A stretch of DNA of 64,000 nucleotides from a virus. Lineage: Duplodnaviria > Caudoviricetes. The stretch is from IMG/VR virus record IMGVR_UViG_3300035686_000003, positions 32,001 through 96,000 of that record. One strand, given 5' to 3'. Below the pieces are notes generated by a model, which worked only from the letters and a program-made list of their open reading frames with translations, was not told where the DNA came from and did not search any database. Numbering within the stretch: the stretch's first letter is position 1; each line of letters begins with the position of its first letter. This document shows, piece by piece, positions 17,913-32,100 of this stretch. Both the position numbers and the translations under genes were made by a program.

Positions 17913-18800
17913 ATGCCTCAACAAGCTATTTGTCTTGATTTGCTCGAATCTACTGGGACTCAGCTTTATGCTGGGTTAGTCCCAGTGGGTTCTTGTACTC
18001 CGACTCCTTATACAGTGGTTCTTGGTGCAGCTGTTGCAGTAGGTGACGAAACCGTTACTGTCACTGCATTGCCAGTTGCAATTCCTAGAGGAAATCGTTT
18101 AGCCTTTTCTACCACTGTAACAATCACCACAAGTGCGTCTGTAACTCAAAACGCTACATCTATTAGTGTTACTGCTTTAGGTTCAGCTGTGCCTTCTGGT
18201 ACCACCCTAAAGTTTGGTAATGTAACCGTTCAAACAACTGCCGCTGCCGCTGCTGGCGCAACAACTCTAGCAATCAATCCTGCACCTGCTGCGATCGCAT
18301 CTGGCGCAACCGCAACGTATCGTCCAAACCCTATTGTTTTAGTTCTAGCTGCTGATGCTGCTGCTGCAACTACCACTCTCTCGATTGATCCGGCTCCTGC
18401 TGCAATTACTAGTGGTCAGACAGCAATTACTTATGCACTCCTTGAATTACTGGGTGGTGAGTCTGCACCGTTCCAAGGTTCCACTGAATTAAACCAGGTT
18501 ACCCTGCTTAACTCTGGTGGTTGGATGTCGAAATCTGCCTCCCAGTCCCAGTACAACTTTCAGTGGACAGGTTACATTCCCGAAAACTCTGCTGCTGCTG
18601 CTGGCTATCGTTTGCTAAAGAATGCTTGGTTTAACAAGCGTTACCTTTATGTCGAGCGCTACATGGCTAATGGCGAGATGTCTGGAGGTACTGTTGTTAT
18701 CACTGCATTTTCTGATCAGGTTCAGGGTGCTGGATATGTACAGTATCAGTGTACGTTTGAAGGTCATGAAGCACCTGTGTACAACTTTGGCGCATCCTAA
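17913..18800 (+). CDS. Major tail (tube) protein with duplicated Ala/Thr-rich inserted beta domains
   Basis: C-terminal tube-like GGW...YNFQWTG...VITAFS...Q.TFEG; repeated AAAGATTLAINPAPAAI units. Confidence 0.75.
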   Translation: MPQQAICLDLLESTGTQLYAGLVPVGSCTPTPYTVVLGAAVAVGDETVTVTALPVAIPRGNRLAFSTTVTITTSASVTQNATSISVTALGSAVPSGTTLKFGNVTVQTTAAAAAGATTLAINPAPAAIASGATATYRPNPIVLVLAADAAAATTTLSIDPAPAAITSGQTAITYALLELLGGESAPFQGSTELNQVTLLNSGGWMSKSASQSQYNFQWTGYIPENSAAAAGYRLLKNAWFNKRYLYVERYMANGEMSGGTVVITAFSDQVQGAGYVQYQCTFEGHEAPVYNFGAS

Positions 18801-19039
18801 TGCATGAGTTGCTCAAAGATGATCGCGATCGCATTGTATTTGTGAATTGCAGCATTGAGGGCAAGAAGGGAACTGCTGGTTATGCTTTTTTCGCAAAGGG
18901 CTTACCAGCAGGCACCCATCAATTATTTAATCCAATTAACGGCAAAAAGGTTTCGATTGAACTACCTGAGCAAGCCGTGAACTTACCGGGAGTAGGTCAA
19001 CAGTTTAATTATCCGTTCAAAGTATTAGAGGAATCATAA
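18800..19039 (+). CDS. Small tail-module protein
   Basis: 79 aa, TAATG overlap. Confidence 0.6.
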   Translation: MHELLKDDRDRIVFVNCSIEGKKGTAGYAFFAKGLPAGTHQLFNPINGKKVSIELPEQAVNLPGVGQQFNYPFKVLEES

Positions 19040-19045
19040 AAAGTT

Positions 19046-19735
19046 ATGAAGAAGCTACCATTTGTTGTTCGTCCAAAAACTTCGTTTGAAATTGTGGGTA
19101 ATGAAGATATTGGTCAGATTAAGTTACTCAAAGTTAATGGACGACTAGCAGCAGAGAGAGTTGAGTTAGATGAAGAGGAGTTTCGACAGACTCGATTACA
19201 GCTTGATGTTTATAAGCTTGCTCGTGACATTGCTAATCTTGAGGGGATGAGTGTCGAGAGTGCTTTTTCTTTGCTTCAAAGTTTTAACTTAAGCGATCCT
19301 GTACTTTCCAAGTATCTCGAACCTGTATCTAATTTGCTTGAACGTCAGCTTGCAACAATGAAGGGACAAGATCAAGCGGTTACAAGTGTCCTTCGGCATC
19401 GAATCGTTCAGTTGGATGATGATGGTAACGAGATTCTTGACAAGAACGGTAAGCCTGTCATCGGCATGGATGATTGGGAAATTTCTGATACTCACGGTTT
19501 AACAGATCCTTTGATTTCTGCAATCTACGAGTTCTACATCAAAGAATTGAATGGTGGAAAGAACCCCGATACCAAGGCTGAAGAAGAAAAAAACGAACCT
19601 GGGACGAACAAATCCGAGAACTTGAATCCATCAAGCTCACAGACTGGGGAGAAATCTACTGGCGAGTCCAAACCTATCGAAGCGGAGACTCAAGATTCGA
19701 CGCAGACAATTTCGGACAACAACCCGACTGGTTAA
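19046..19735 (+). CDS. Tail assembly chaperone (gpG analogue)
   Basis: Between tube and tape measure genes; slippery site near the 3' end. Confidence 0.75.
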   Translation: MKKLPFVVRPKTSFEIVGNEDIGQIKLLKVNGRLAAERVELDEEEFRQTRLQLDVYKLARDIANLEGMSVESAFSLLQSFNLSDPVLSKYLEPVSNLLERQLATMKGQDQAVTSVLRHRIVQLDDDGNEILDKNGKPVIGMDDWEISDTHGLTDPLISAIYEFYIKELNGGKNPDTKAEEEKNEPGTNKSENLNPSSSQTGEKSTGESKPIEAETQDSTQTISDNNPTG

Positions 19736-20049
19736 TTTTTCAGATCATTGAAGCCTTTGAAAAAGATAAGCGTGAGCAGTCAAACATCAACAGCTTCACA
19801 ACCGCTGTTTTTGCTGCTGGAATCTTCAATGGTTTTAGTGGAAGCACTAGCGACAAATGTGAATTCACTGATTTGCTACCTTTTTCTGGTGAAGTAGAAG
19901 GTAAAAATAATACAAAACAGATCAATGAGCCAACTAAGGAAACTGCTCAAGTATTTCTGAAGCTAATGAAAGATCACCTACTCCCACCAGGAGTAGTAGC
20001 GGAAGCTTTTAACGCAAAACTAGTGCAACGACTGCAAGCAATAGCTTAA
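19046..20049 (+). CDS. Tail assembly chaperone frameshift product (gpGT analogue), -1 shift at A AAA AAC 19588-19594
   Basis: -1 frame open from the slippery site to TAA 20047-20049 (KRTWDEQIRELESIKLTDWGEIYWR...DLLPF...LQAIA). Confidence 0.8.
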
Positions 20050-20053
20050 ATCT

Positions 20054-20089
20054 ACGAGTTCTCACGTTTAAATTTAGTTGAGGACTCGT
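20054..20089 (+). terminator. Hairpin between chaperone and tape measure genes
   Basis: ACGAGTTCTCA...TGAGGACTCGT stem. Confidence 0.4.
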
Positions 20090-20132
20090 TATTCTATTTT
20101 TGAGCAACTATATAAAATCTTAGGTATAACCA

Positions 20133-23100
20133 ATGGCATTGGGTAGTGGCGGCAACTTAGGCACCTTGAGTCTACATATCGAGGCAGACACAAGAGATTT
20201 TGATACCAAAATACTCCAGGTAGAAAAACGTGCTGCCGAAGCTGGTCGCAGAATGTCCAAGTCTTTAGGGGGTGAATTATTCAAGGGGTTGGATAGCCCT
20301 TTGAGTGTGAATGTAGATCATACGTCCTTAAAGGAACTTAACGCTCACCTAGATCTAAAGAGAAAACACTTACATCAGGTCATTGAAGATTTCAAGCGAA
20401 ACCCCATTGTTGCCAAGTATAAAGTTGAAGGAAAAGAGGCTCTTGAAAACTCTAGTGAAACACTCAAGGCTTTAAGCAACAAGCAGGTTGGTGTATCTGT
20501 ACTGGGTACAGGCAAAGCACTAGGGGAGATGGAGGCGATCGCGTCTAAAGACTTAAGTCAGACTGCTCGCATTGATATTGAGATTCATGGTGAAAAAGAT
20601 CTTGACAGAATTTTGCGTAAAATGCAAAGACTTCAAGATAGAAGCATAAGGGTAAATGTTACTAGTGCAAACTATGAAGATATTTCAGCTCCAATAATTA
20701 GTGCTGGAATAAAAAAAACAGGGTTGGTGCCGGACAATTCTCCACAAGAGCGAGCATTACTCAAAGCAATAGAGAAAGTCGGCGGGAAAGAACAAAACGC
20801 TCCATTGTCTGCTGGTGGGCAGGAGATGAAAACTGCCGTTTCTCAAGCACTACGAGAAAATCAGCAAAGCTTTGGATCGCAAGCAGCCGCTACTGTTGTT
20901 AGCACATTGGTTGAACGAACTGTAGGACTCGCTCTGGAAGAAGGATTTTCTAGGGTGATGTTAATTATTTCTAATGTAATTAAAGACAAGCTAAGGTTTT
21001 TAGATTACATTGGACTTAAAGGACTACGACAAGAGCTAGAGAAGACAGTTACTAAAAATTATCGACAAGTAGCTTATACAGAGCAAGGAAGAATTGGCGG
21101 TTTTCGTGGTTTAGCGAGAGATGTTCGCAAAGTTGCTACACTTCCAGCAAAGATGTTGGCAGCACCAGCTTCTCAAGTCATCGGTGGTTTCTATGGTGGC
21201 ATTGGACAGGCATACGCAAGCGCTTTTGCTCGTGGTTCAATGAATAAGTTTCAAGAACGAACCGGAAAGTCAGTCGAAGAGGTTGGTGAAAAAGCTAGCG
21301 GGGGTTTAGCTGGTAGATTTACAGGCACTAATATTGCTGAAGGGTTAGTTTCCAGAGCTGGGACGATCAAGGGAGCGCAAGATTTCATAGAGCCTAGGCT
21401 AAGGACTGCTGCATTGGGGAGAGCGGTTCAGACTGTTGACCCAACTGGTCAAATAGAGAAAGTTCTTCAACCAATACTGAAGAGATATGGTGTCAGGTTA
21501 AACACAGAACCATTACGTAATGCTGATCCTGAGCCAATCACTAATTCTATAAAGAAAATTAGTCAAGCTCTGAAGCAGAACGATATTCAGAGGGATGTTG
21601 CAAACTTTACTCGTTCAATCTTGACGTTGGGCAAGGTAATTAAAACAACTCAACAAAATGTTAACCAGGCAACTACTCCAGAAGAACGCAGTAGTAGGCG
21701 AGGGCAAGCTGATGCAGCTAGAGCTGAGCAGATTGTAGAAATACTAGGAAATCTTGAAACTACCGCTCGCAATGCAACTGAGCCTATTATTAGCAACTAT
21801 AAAAAGGAAGTAGCCGCTGCCGCAAAAGCTTTGGGCGTAGAGCTTTCCAATATAAAAATTGACCCAGACAAACAGTTAGGTCAAGACATAAAAAATGTCG
21901 CAATAGTTTCCGGTGGATTTGCAGGAATGCAAGGGGAAGCTGGGCAAAGGCAGGCACCTATGTATGAACAGATACTAGGTGATGGAACCAAAGTGGTACC
22001 CTTTAATAACGAAGATTTTGATACTTCGGTAAAAGCTCAGGACGATAAGCCTGCTTGGGTTAGAGACATAGCTGGCTTGTTTGCAAGGAATATTAGCAAG
22101 GGCTACAATCCTGCCTCTATAAAAATGGCGCAACAGGCTGCTGAGTATAAGTTGACGAATCCAGCCGTTGATCTTCAACTAATTGGACATTCAGCGGGTG
22201 GGATTATTGTCAAAGAAGCACAGGCAATGCTTAAGGAAATCGGAATAGAAGCAAAAGCTATTGCCTTGGGTAGCCCAAATATAAGAGATGCGGCTTTCAA
22301 TGGGACGGACTCCAATTTTCTGAGTTTCATGGCAGAAAAGGATATGTTAAATCCTCTGTCAGGAGAAACAACTCCTAGAATACCAGGGATTGAGAATCAT
22401 TCTATTGATGAGTACCTATCCAACCAGGCAGTACAAGCAGTTTTAAAAACGGTAAGCAAGGTAGGGATTACGCCTAGGCTTATTGAAATTTTAAACAAAA
22501 CTGGTACAGAGTTTTCAGACTTAACTACGCTAACTCAAGCTTTAGAGGATCACCTTCGAGAATTCACAGGGTCGTTAGATAACGCTACTCAAGAAGTTGC
22601 AAATCAAAACATTGCTCCGTTACAGACTCCTGAAACAGATCCTAAACAGGCAGCGCTAAAAGCTAGGGTATTACTTTTAGCAAGAAAGTCCCAACAAATA
22701 ATTCCAAATTTCAACCCTGCTAATTATGGTAACGCTGCTAGTGCTGCTAGTACTAATAGACAACAGGCTTTACAAGCACTAGAATCCGTGAAAGGATTTG
22801 ATTTTAATCAGCAACTTTCAACTCAAACCTCTAATGAACTCAGGAAAGCAATTAGAAATCTTCAAAGTTTTCTCAAGAGAGCTGGACAAGAAGATAATAA
22901 CAATAGCATCACTGAGCTTGAGCAACTACCGCTTGATGAGTTAAGTACACTGATAGAAACAAACGTGGCAGCAGTTAATTCTATTGCTGCCAATTACCAG
23001 TCGTCTGCACAACAAATAGACGACTTAAAGGCTAGGCTGGGGAGCTTGACCGTCAAAGATTTAAGAGAGATTGGAGGAAAAGCAAACATTCCCAACCTGA

Positions 23101-26100
23101 GTCAGTTAAACAAAGATCCTTTAATCAATAAGTTAACTGAACCCCAGAATGCGTTTAATGTTGCAAAATTTGCTTCGGAAAAAGAACTCTTAAAGTCAAT
23201 ACGAAACGCAGAAAAAAAAGCAACTCAAGCTTTGCAGACGGCTCAAAAATTAAGTGGCGACGAAAAACTTAAGCTTCTTGCAGAGATTAGACAGTCTATT
23301 GAAGCTCAAATTCGCAACATAGACGCTAACTCTGAAAGGGTAACTGATTCAGGGTATAGGCAACGACTAGGAGCTACCAAAGGCAGGCTTGGGCAAAGCT
23401 ATCGTAGAACATTTGATGTTTCTTCGGTAGAAATAGATACAACTAGGCAAAGTCTACAAAATGCTATAGATCAGGGTGGTGCTACTCCTGGTTTATCAGC
23501 TGCTTATACAACACCACCAAAGAATTTTCAACGTTTGGTTGCTAATGCGGCTCAAGCAGCAGGGGTAGAGCTTAACGAGAAGAATCAACCGGAGCTAGTT
23601 GAAGATGACATAAAACTTTTAGCTTTAGGCTCGAAAGCTTTTTATGACTTTACAAAGAACCAAGTAATTGTATCGCGTAGGACAGCCCAAGCACTTAAAT
23701 CATCTGTTACTGACCTTCATAAATATGAAGAAGAACTTGGCGAGGCTATCCATGAAATACAACACGCAGCTGATCTAGGGTTTAGCAAGTTAGATCCCAC
23801 CAACTTTGGTTCTCAAATCATTGAAAAGTCAGCTAATATTCCTACCATTGAAGACTCTCAATTAACCAAAAAATTACTCAAACAAGTAGAGGGGTCTGTA
23901 TCTAATTACAAGATGCTACGACCTAATGCATCGCCTGCCGAACTTGCTGCGGTGCGAAAACTGGAGATGCACGCTTCATACCAACAAAAGAATGCACCTC
24001 AGTATATCAATCAGCTAAAAGATAAGTATGGACAAACGAAAACATCAAGAACTGAATTAGAGGGTATAAAGAAAAATCCTTTTGAGAATATCAGCAAGCA
24101 ATTTGAGAACTTTGTTAACACCATAAAAAAGGTATTGCGATCACTGTTTGCTGCTTTCGAGAATACATCTAGAGGACTTGCAATAGCTGATTCTTTTGCA
24201 ACGCTAAGCAACGTATTTGAAAATTTCAACAAGCAGATGTTGCGCTATGGAGAAGAACTGCAAGAGGTCTTTAATAATATTAGTCTTGCTTTTGACTTTG
24301 TTATTGGGATGTTCATGGAGAAAAATGCTCATGTTGATAAGCTAGTTCAAAAAGCAGAAAGATTTTATGTTAATTTCCAAAGAACCAAGAAAGGAGTTGC
24401 CGATCCCTCAGAAGGTTTGCCCTCTGGGGTAAAAGTAACAGAAAACAACCTCGTTTCCAAGAACAGAAGTTACAGTTTTCAAAGCAAAAGTGGCAAAGAA
24501 GTTGGGGTTTATTTTTCGCACAAGAAAAATATGTCCGATGTTCACTTTGACATTGACAAAAGTATGTCAACCAAAGTCAATGACATGAGCCAAAAGGAAA
24601 AAGATGCAATTGCTTTGAAAGTCTTGAAGATAATGAAGCATGATGCAAAAAGTAGAAAAGAGGGCTATCGTTACAAAACCTCAGCTTACACAGGAGATGA
24701 TTATGGAGCAGTTCGATCTGAAGCCTATGAGCAAATTGCTGGATTTAGTCGTCCTGTTGCAGGTAAGGTAGGAGGCTACCAGTTTGCCGTTGTTCAAGGA
24801 GGAAAGTTAACTCCTGACAATAAAAAATTAGAGCAGCAGGAATACATCCACGATCATTCACCTGATGATGTATCCCAAAATCTAGCTCAATTCAAAGAGC
24901 TTCTTGCAATTCAAAGACAAGCAGCAAAAGCAGCGGCAGCAAACAATCGTGCTAACAAGGGTTTGTCAGTTGCTAACGGCAGAGGCTTAGATGAAGCCTA
25001 CGAAAACTTTGAGAAGTTTGTAAATAAAGTTAATGATAAAGCAGAAGAGTTAATCAAAGCAACGTTTACGCCTGAACTAAAGCAACGAAGGGTAATAGAA
25101 TCAGCCGAAGCAATCAAGAGTTCTGCTCCTACAGGTAAAGCTGCTATGCCTGCCGCTGATAAAGAATTTTCAACTTATTTATCGGCAGGGTTTTCTGGTA
25201 TGCAAGGGTTCAACCCTCAAGTATATGAGAAAATGGCAGGAGTTTTGGGCGAAAAACACAATTTTGTACCCATTACAAATGAAGAGTACGACACTGATGC
25301 AACAGTGTTTGATGACTTGCCTGTTTTTCTAAAATCAGCACTTGAGAGAATTACTGCTGGCGGAATGAAGGGTATAAACCCAGCAGCCGCTAAGATGGCG
25401 CAAAGAGCCTATGAAGACTATCAACTTGACCCTTCAAAGAAAATCAGATTTGCTGGATATTCAGCAGGGGCACACGTAGCTTCTGATGCTTTAGAAATAT
25501 TTAAGCAGCTAGCACCTAACGCTGACGCTAGGGCTGTTGGTATTGGTGGGGCACCCTTTGATCAAAGGCGATCAACACTTCGACCAGAGCAATATGTCAA
25601 TATGTTGCGAAAGGATGACTTGCTCCTTCGTGCATTTGCTGGTGCCTTTAAGATGAATGGTGCCAACCAAAGGATTATTGAGCCGAGTGTTAATAAAGGG
25701 GCGATAAAAGCATTAGATGCTCACTTCATAGAAGGTTATGCCGATGATCAGAATACGGCAAGAGAACTAAAGTATCTTATCGAGGCATCTGAATCTGAGA
25801 TACAAGCATTTCTGAGTTCCGTAGCAGATAGCTCAAGTGTCCTTTCGGTTTTTGCAGACAACGCTGGAGCTTACAAAGGTACTGCTGAAGAAATAATAAA
25901 ACAGCTCGATAATCTTGCATCAGCATTAGAACAGAAGACGGCTCAAATTCAACCACGAATGCAACAACGTGGACAAGCGAGTTTGAATTCTGTAATGCAA
26001 TCTGGAATGGGTGCTTTTAACAACACCTTATCTAATGCTCAAGGACTGAGGCAGACGCCAGCACAAATGCAGCGTTTGATGGCTGAAGCACGAAAGCGAG

Positions 26101-29100
26101 CAATGCAATCAGCAGCGGCTACAGGTATTAGAGAAGGTCAGGGTATCCTTAATTCGGGAATTAATAAGACTTCAAGCTTAGCTGAGACATTTAGACAGCC
26201 TGGTGTAAAAGTCATTCAAGCATATGGAGAAGATCGAAAGGCGCAAGTGAGAGCTTCGTCAGCTCAAGCCATTGCAAGTGTAGCGAATGCGACAGAGGCA
26301 GTTTCTAACAGTATCAGTGAAGCGGCAAGAGTCTTAGCTGAAAAAGCTCAAAACACAAACAACGATGCATTAAAACTTCTTTACAACGAACTTTCCCTAA
26401 ATACTCCGGTGCTTGAAGCGATCGCACAGCGTACTGGACAAAAGGTAGAGACAATCATTCAGAACATTGCATCTGAAGCAGAAAACTCTATTAACGAAAA
26501 AACCCAACAACTTTCAAGTGGTTACCAAGGAGGGATCGATGCAGTTCAAGAAGGAGGTGAGCAAGCTAAAGGGTTTGTAAATGTTGTTGCAGGATTAAGT
26601 CAACGAGCAACTACAGATCCCATAGGAGCTTTCAATGAAGCTAAAGCGTTGTTAGCGGGAAAAATTCTAGATGATCTTAAAGCTAGATTCCCTATTTTTG
26701 GTGAGATTCAACGACGCTTTGGGATGATAACAGGGGCTGCAAGTGCTTTGGTAGGAGCTTTTGTGGGGTTTGCTGTTTTGAAAGGTGTGATGCTGTTCTT
26801 TGAGAAGATAGGGTTTGCGGCTATTGAAGTAGCAACTCGCTTTGAAAACTTAGAGCGCATCATTCGATTTACAAGTGGCAGTGCAACAGAAGCAGCACAA
26901 AATATTTCCTTTGTTCAAGGACTGTCAGACAAGTTTGCCTTGAATCCCGAAAAGGCAATGAGTGGATTTGCTCAGATGTCAGCGGCTGCACTCGAAACGC
27001 CTTTGCAAGGTGAAGGTGTTAAGAAGATTCAAAGCAGTATTTCTCAGGCATCAGCAGTCTATGGTTTAGCTCCAGAATCTCAAGAGCGAGTTTTTGTTGC
27101 ATTGAACCAGATGATTTCAAAGGGCACCGTAAGTTCAGAAGAACTTCGTCAACAACTCGGTGAATCGTTGCCTGGTGCCTTAAATATTGCAGCTCGAAGC
27201 ATGGGGGTTACAACCTCTGAATTCAACAAAATGTTAGAGCAAGGACAAGTTCTTTCAGAAGATTTCTTGCCTAAATTTGCAGCACAACTAGCGGCTGAAA
27301 CAGAAGGAGGCGTTGCTGGAGCAGCTACTAGCGCCCAAGCAAAAATTAATCGATTTAATAACGCAATCCTTACATCTCAAAACATTCTTGGTAAAGGTTT
27401 GATGCCTGTTAAGAATTTTGGCTTAGATGTTCTTACAGGTTTGTTGACAGGATTAACAAAAATCTTGCCAGTTGTTGCTCATCTCATGGGAAGCCTACTG
27501 TTCGCTTCTGTTTTGCAGCTGGGTAAATCATTCTATATGCTAGCAGCAAATCCGATGGTGAGAGGCGCAGTCTGGGGAGGACTCAAAGGGGCTATTGGTG
27601 GTCTGATAACTATCATTAAATCGCTTTCTGGTTACATTTCACAATTCGCAAAAGCTTTCCTCGTATTTACAGCAATTACCGAAGGCTACAAGATGTTCAA
27701 AGCTGCCACAGCAGACGGTGGTGGCGAAAGTAGAACTTATGCTGACAAACTGACAGAAGGGCTTGGCAAGTATCGTAAAGCTTTGGCTGATGCTCGTGGT
27801 GAGACTGAGGCACTTAAGAAATCTACAAGACCAGAGACGCTTCTAGATGCTACTTTCCTAGGCAACTTGATGCCGAAAGAAATAGAGGAAAATGATTCCC
27901 TAGCAAAGAAAGCTGGGTATTATGCAGGCAAGTTTACCTCAACTGGTTTACTCAACGAAGACCAGATTGAAGGGATGAGCAAAAATGCATTAGGTCGCAC
28001 TGCTCTCCAATGGGGACTCGGAGGTATTACAGGTGCCCAAAAGGGATTCGGTTTAGCAACCTTTGAAGAGAAGAAGTTTGCTGACCAACAAGTAGCAACA
28101 GGCGACATCAGAAGTGCAGCCAACGAAACTACTTCACAGATAATTTCTGCTATACCAGGCAAAGAACTAGCAGCATTGAAGGAGTATGACCGTAAGCTTC
28201 GAGACATCCAGATCAAGCGTCGTGGTATCAGTGAGACACAACCCCAGAACAAAGAGGCATTGAGGAAGCTCAAGGAGGAAGAAGCACAAATCCTCAAGAA
28301 CAGGGATGCTGCACAGAAACCTATCAGTGCATTACAAGCTCAAGCCCAAAGCTCGGTAGATGCATTAAAGGCTGAGGTGGAAAAGTATGAGAAGCTCGCC
28401 CTTGAACCCGGAAAGAATCAAGCCTACTACAAAGAAACACTCGCAGGACTCAAAGGTGACCTTGAAGCTGCATACAAGTTCCAAGATAAGCTAAATCAAT
28501 CAGTTGGTGAAGCTGTCAATGCATTTATCCTGTTACAACGACAGTTACAAAATGTAGCCGACCGTTTAGCTGATGCGAATGATCGTATTCAGATGATTGC
28601 TAACAGTGCAAAAGCTGACTTATTCGGAAGGACTGATTTAACTCCAGGTCAAAGGGAAGCGGGACAACAAGAGATTGAACAAGCTGCATTGGGTGAGCAG
28701 ATTAAGCAACGTCAAAGTGCAATTCAGCAATATCAGGTTCTCCTGGAAGATGCTGATAGCCAAAAGATCCTTGAAGCTCGTGGAATAACCAATGTTGATG
28801 CGATAGGTCAAGCTGAGTTAGGAACACTTGCAGGTAAAGCAAAGGATGGCACCCAGGAGAAAGAAGTTCTCACAAGGTTACAGGACGTTAAGCGACTCAA
28901 GCTCGAAACCCAAGATCTGACAGCTCAACTAGCTCAATCTCAAGCGGCAACTCGCGACAGAATCTATGATGCTAACAAACAAATTATTGATTACTTCAGA
29001 GAAGTATCCAGACAGTCTGCTGAGCTAGCTTTGTCAACGAAGGAAGCTGGGGCACAAATCGCAATGCAAGAGCAGAAGAATAAGCTCAAGTCAGCACTGC

Positions 29101-32100
29101 AAGGCTTCCAAGACAATTTCTTCAGCTCGTTCGTAGATTCTCTTATTGAAGGCGTAGATTCTCTCAATGAGCCAATAGCAGCAGCCATCGAAAGAGAAAG
29201 AGAAGTCCAGTCAGCCAAATTTGCTAAAGATGACCGTGATCGTCAAGCCTATGAGTTACAAAGGTCACTACCGTTAGCTGGTGCCGAAGTAAAGCTAGAC
29301 TTTGGTGCATTAGATTCAGCTCCCGTCAAAGAACTAGAGAAGACCCTCCAAAAGTCAGCAGAAGCTAGCAAACAAGTTACAGCAGCATCAAAAGAAACTG
29401 GTGCGGCGATCGCTGACTCGTCAAAGCAAGCTGGGAACCTGAATACTAATGTAACCAAAGTTGCCGAAGACACGAAAGAGACTAAAGCAGCAACTGACAA
29501 CGTAACGACTGCACTAAAGGAGAACGTTGAAGCTGCTCAAAAAGTTGGTGGACAGGTTTACCTCAACACTCAGGAAGTCGATGCAAACACTTTGGCTATC
29601 GGTGGCACCAATGACGCCCTTGGGAACCAGAGTGATGCTCTTGCTGGCTTAGGTGGGCAGTTGCTTGAGCAAGGGGGTTTGATTGATGGGATTAATAGCA
29701 TCTGGAACACTGTTAGTGGAACCATTGCTGGAGCAGCTGCTAGGACTTGGGATTGGTTTAAGGGATTGGTTGCAAACACTCCCATCCTAAGTGGAATCAT
29801 GGAAACTCTTGACGGTTGGGCTAAAAGCATTCAGAATGCAATTGCTAAAGCTTGGGAATTCTTCAAAGGATTAGCTGATAACGTTCCATTCTTGCGTTCC
29901 ATTGCTGATGCAGTAGGAGCCATTGGTTCAGGTATTGGTGGGGCTGTTCAAAATGGAATGCAAGCGATTGGTATTGGCAGGGAACAAATAAATACTGGGA
30001 AGGGTGTAGGTGTCGTTGGAAAATATACCATCGTGGAGAGTGTTGGTGGTGCTATCCAAAACGTCAATACCTTTAGAGATTTAGAAAAACATCATCCCTC
30101 TAGAGGTCGAGAAGCAGGTAGAAGCTACGGTCATGTTGATGGAGAATTTGAAGAAATTAGAAATACTAGAGATGGACGCACTCTAGTTAAAAAAGATTTC
30201 GTTCTGTCAAAAAATGGAAATCAAAATGTAGATATCCCAGCGATGGCTTCTGGTTTCGTCAAAGTGCTAGGTGATGCCACCAACACTGTCCAGATCTATG
30301 CCGATAAAGAAATGACAAAACTTCTTGGGCAGTCATTGCACCAAAGAAGTGTAGCAGTAAAAACAGGACAATTTGTTAACTACGGGCAATCGCTGGGTAT
30401 TCAAGGAGATAGGGGTTCGCCAGGTGCAATTCATGCACACATTGAACTAGAGAAAAGTAGATTTGAACAATACATCAAAGATCTCAAAGATGGAACCTTC
30501 GAGGGTGTAAATGGTGGTGTTAGCACAGCATTAGATGGTGCTGGCGGATCAGTAGTGAAGCTTGGACAAACAATGGTTCAAGAATTAGCTCACTACCCTG
30601 GAGATGGACACAATCATGGTGGCTTTGACGGCAAACAATCTCAGGCTGAACGCTCAAATCTTCAAGGTGCTGGAAACATCCTTCGTGGTGGGAATTTCAA
30701 TCCCTTTGCTGGTGGATCTAATTCATTTGCAGCAAGAGTAGTCGGTCATAGCGAAGGCAACCGAACGGCAACTGGCGGTTTCAACCGTGGCTACAGGGGT
30801 CATGGTGACCCTGGCAATGGTCAAAGAAATGTCGGTTCGTTCAGTGTGCAAACGGGAACTCATGGAAATATGAGTGCTGAACAAGCCGATGTGTATTGGC
30901 AAAAGAAACTGGCGGCAGTGTTGCCACAATTCCAAACAGCAGCAAGAGGTGCTGGATTAGACCCAAACAATCCTAAGCTTCTGGCAAACTTCCTTGACCT
31001 CCACACTCAGTCGCCAGCTGCTGCTACTGATAAAGGGCATCGTAATTTCCTAAGTCAGCTACCTGCGATCGCTAAAGCGGGTATGAGCGATGAGTCGATA
31101 TTACAAGCTCGGATGTCAGGCTACTATCGCAACAATGGTCGTGCTAACTTCCCTGGCTTTGGCAATGACCCCAACCGTCTGCGTCGTGACCAGATGCGGC
31201 GTATGGCGGCACTGCAAGCGGCTCTACCAGGTGCAATACAAGCTACAGGGGCACCAGCAGGTTCTAGTGGAGTAGTTGCTTCAGGAGCGGCTCCAGCGGC
31301 ACAACAGAACTTACCTGTGTTAGCTCCAGTACCTTTTGCTTCCATGAGTAGCACAAGTGTCGATACGGCACCACTGTCTGCTGCTCAAGCGGAAAGTGAA
31401 AGAATTCGTCGTGAACAAGAACGTCAAGCCATTGCCAAGGAACGTGCAAGAAACGAGGAAGCTCGTGTTCAAGGTGAGCAAAGGCAGCGTCAGCGACTAG
31501 AGCAACTACGGCAAAGCATCCGTGATACGGAAGGCGATCGCATCCAAACGAATCGTCAATTCACGAACCTGGGACTAGACGCACAAATCCAAACACCAGA
31601 CGTTGAGTCAAGTAGAAAGATACTTGGTGTCAACGAGACTTATGATGACTTAGAGCGTGACATTGCTGAGAAGGTTCGCAAGGCAACAGCTGGTCGTGAC
31701 CAAGCTAGGGCGACTTTACAAAAATTAAGTTCTCCCGACTACGTTCCTCAACCAGGACAAGATGTTGGACGTGACATCGAAGCAACACGTACAGCTATTA
31801 CCCAGGCTGAGAAGTATTTGGGTGACCTTACGAGAATTCAAGGTGAACTGAAAGGTCAGCGTCAGGAAAGAATTCGCTTTGAGGAGGAACAGGCTGCTCG
31901 TGAGAAGAAACTTCGTGAACAGCAAGAACGATTTGCCACTGAAGAAATCAGTATCTCAGTTCTAGAAGCTGAAGCTCAACGACTCAAAGATTTGCGAGGG
32001 AGGGGCGTCCGTGACCAAGGTACAGAAAACCTTCCGAAGCTTGAGGCAACGATTGCTGCTCGTCGCGAAGAACTACAGCTGCAACAGAAGCTATCAGAGA

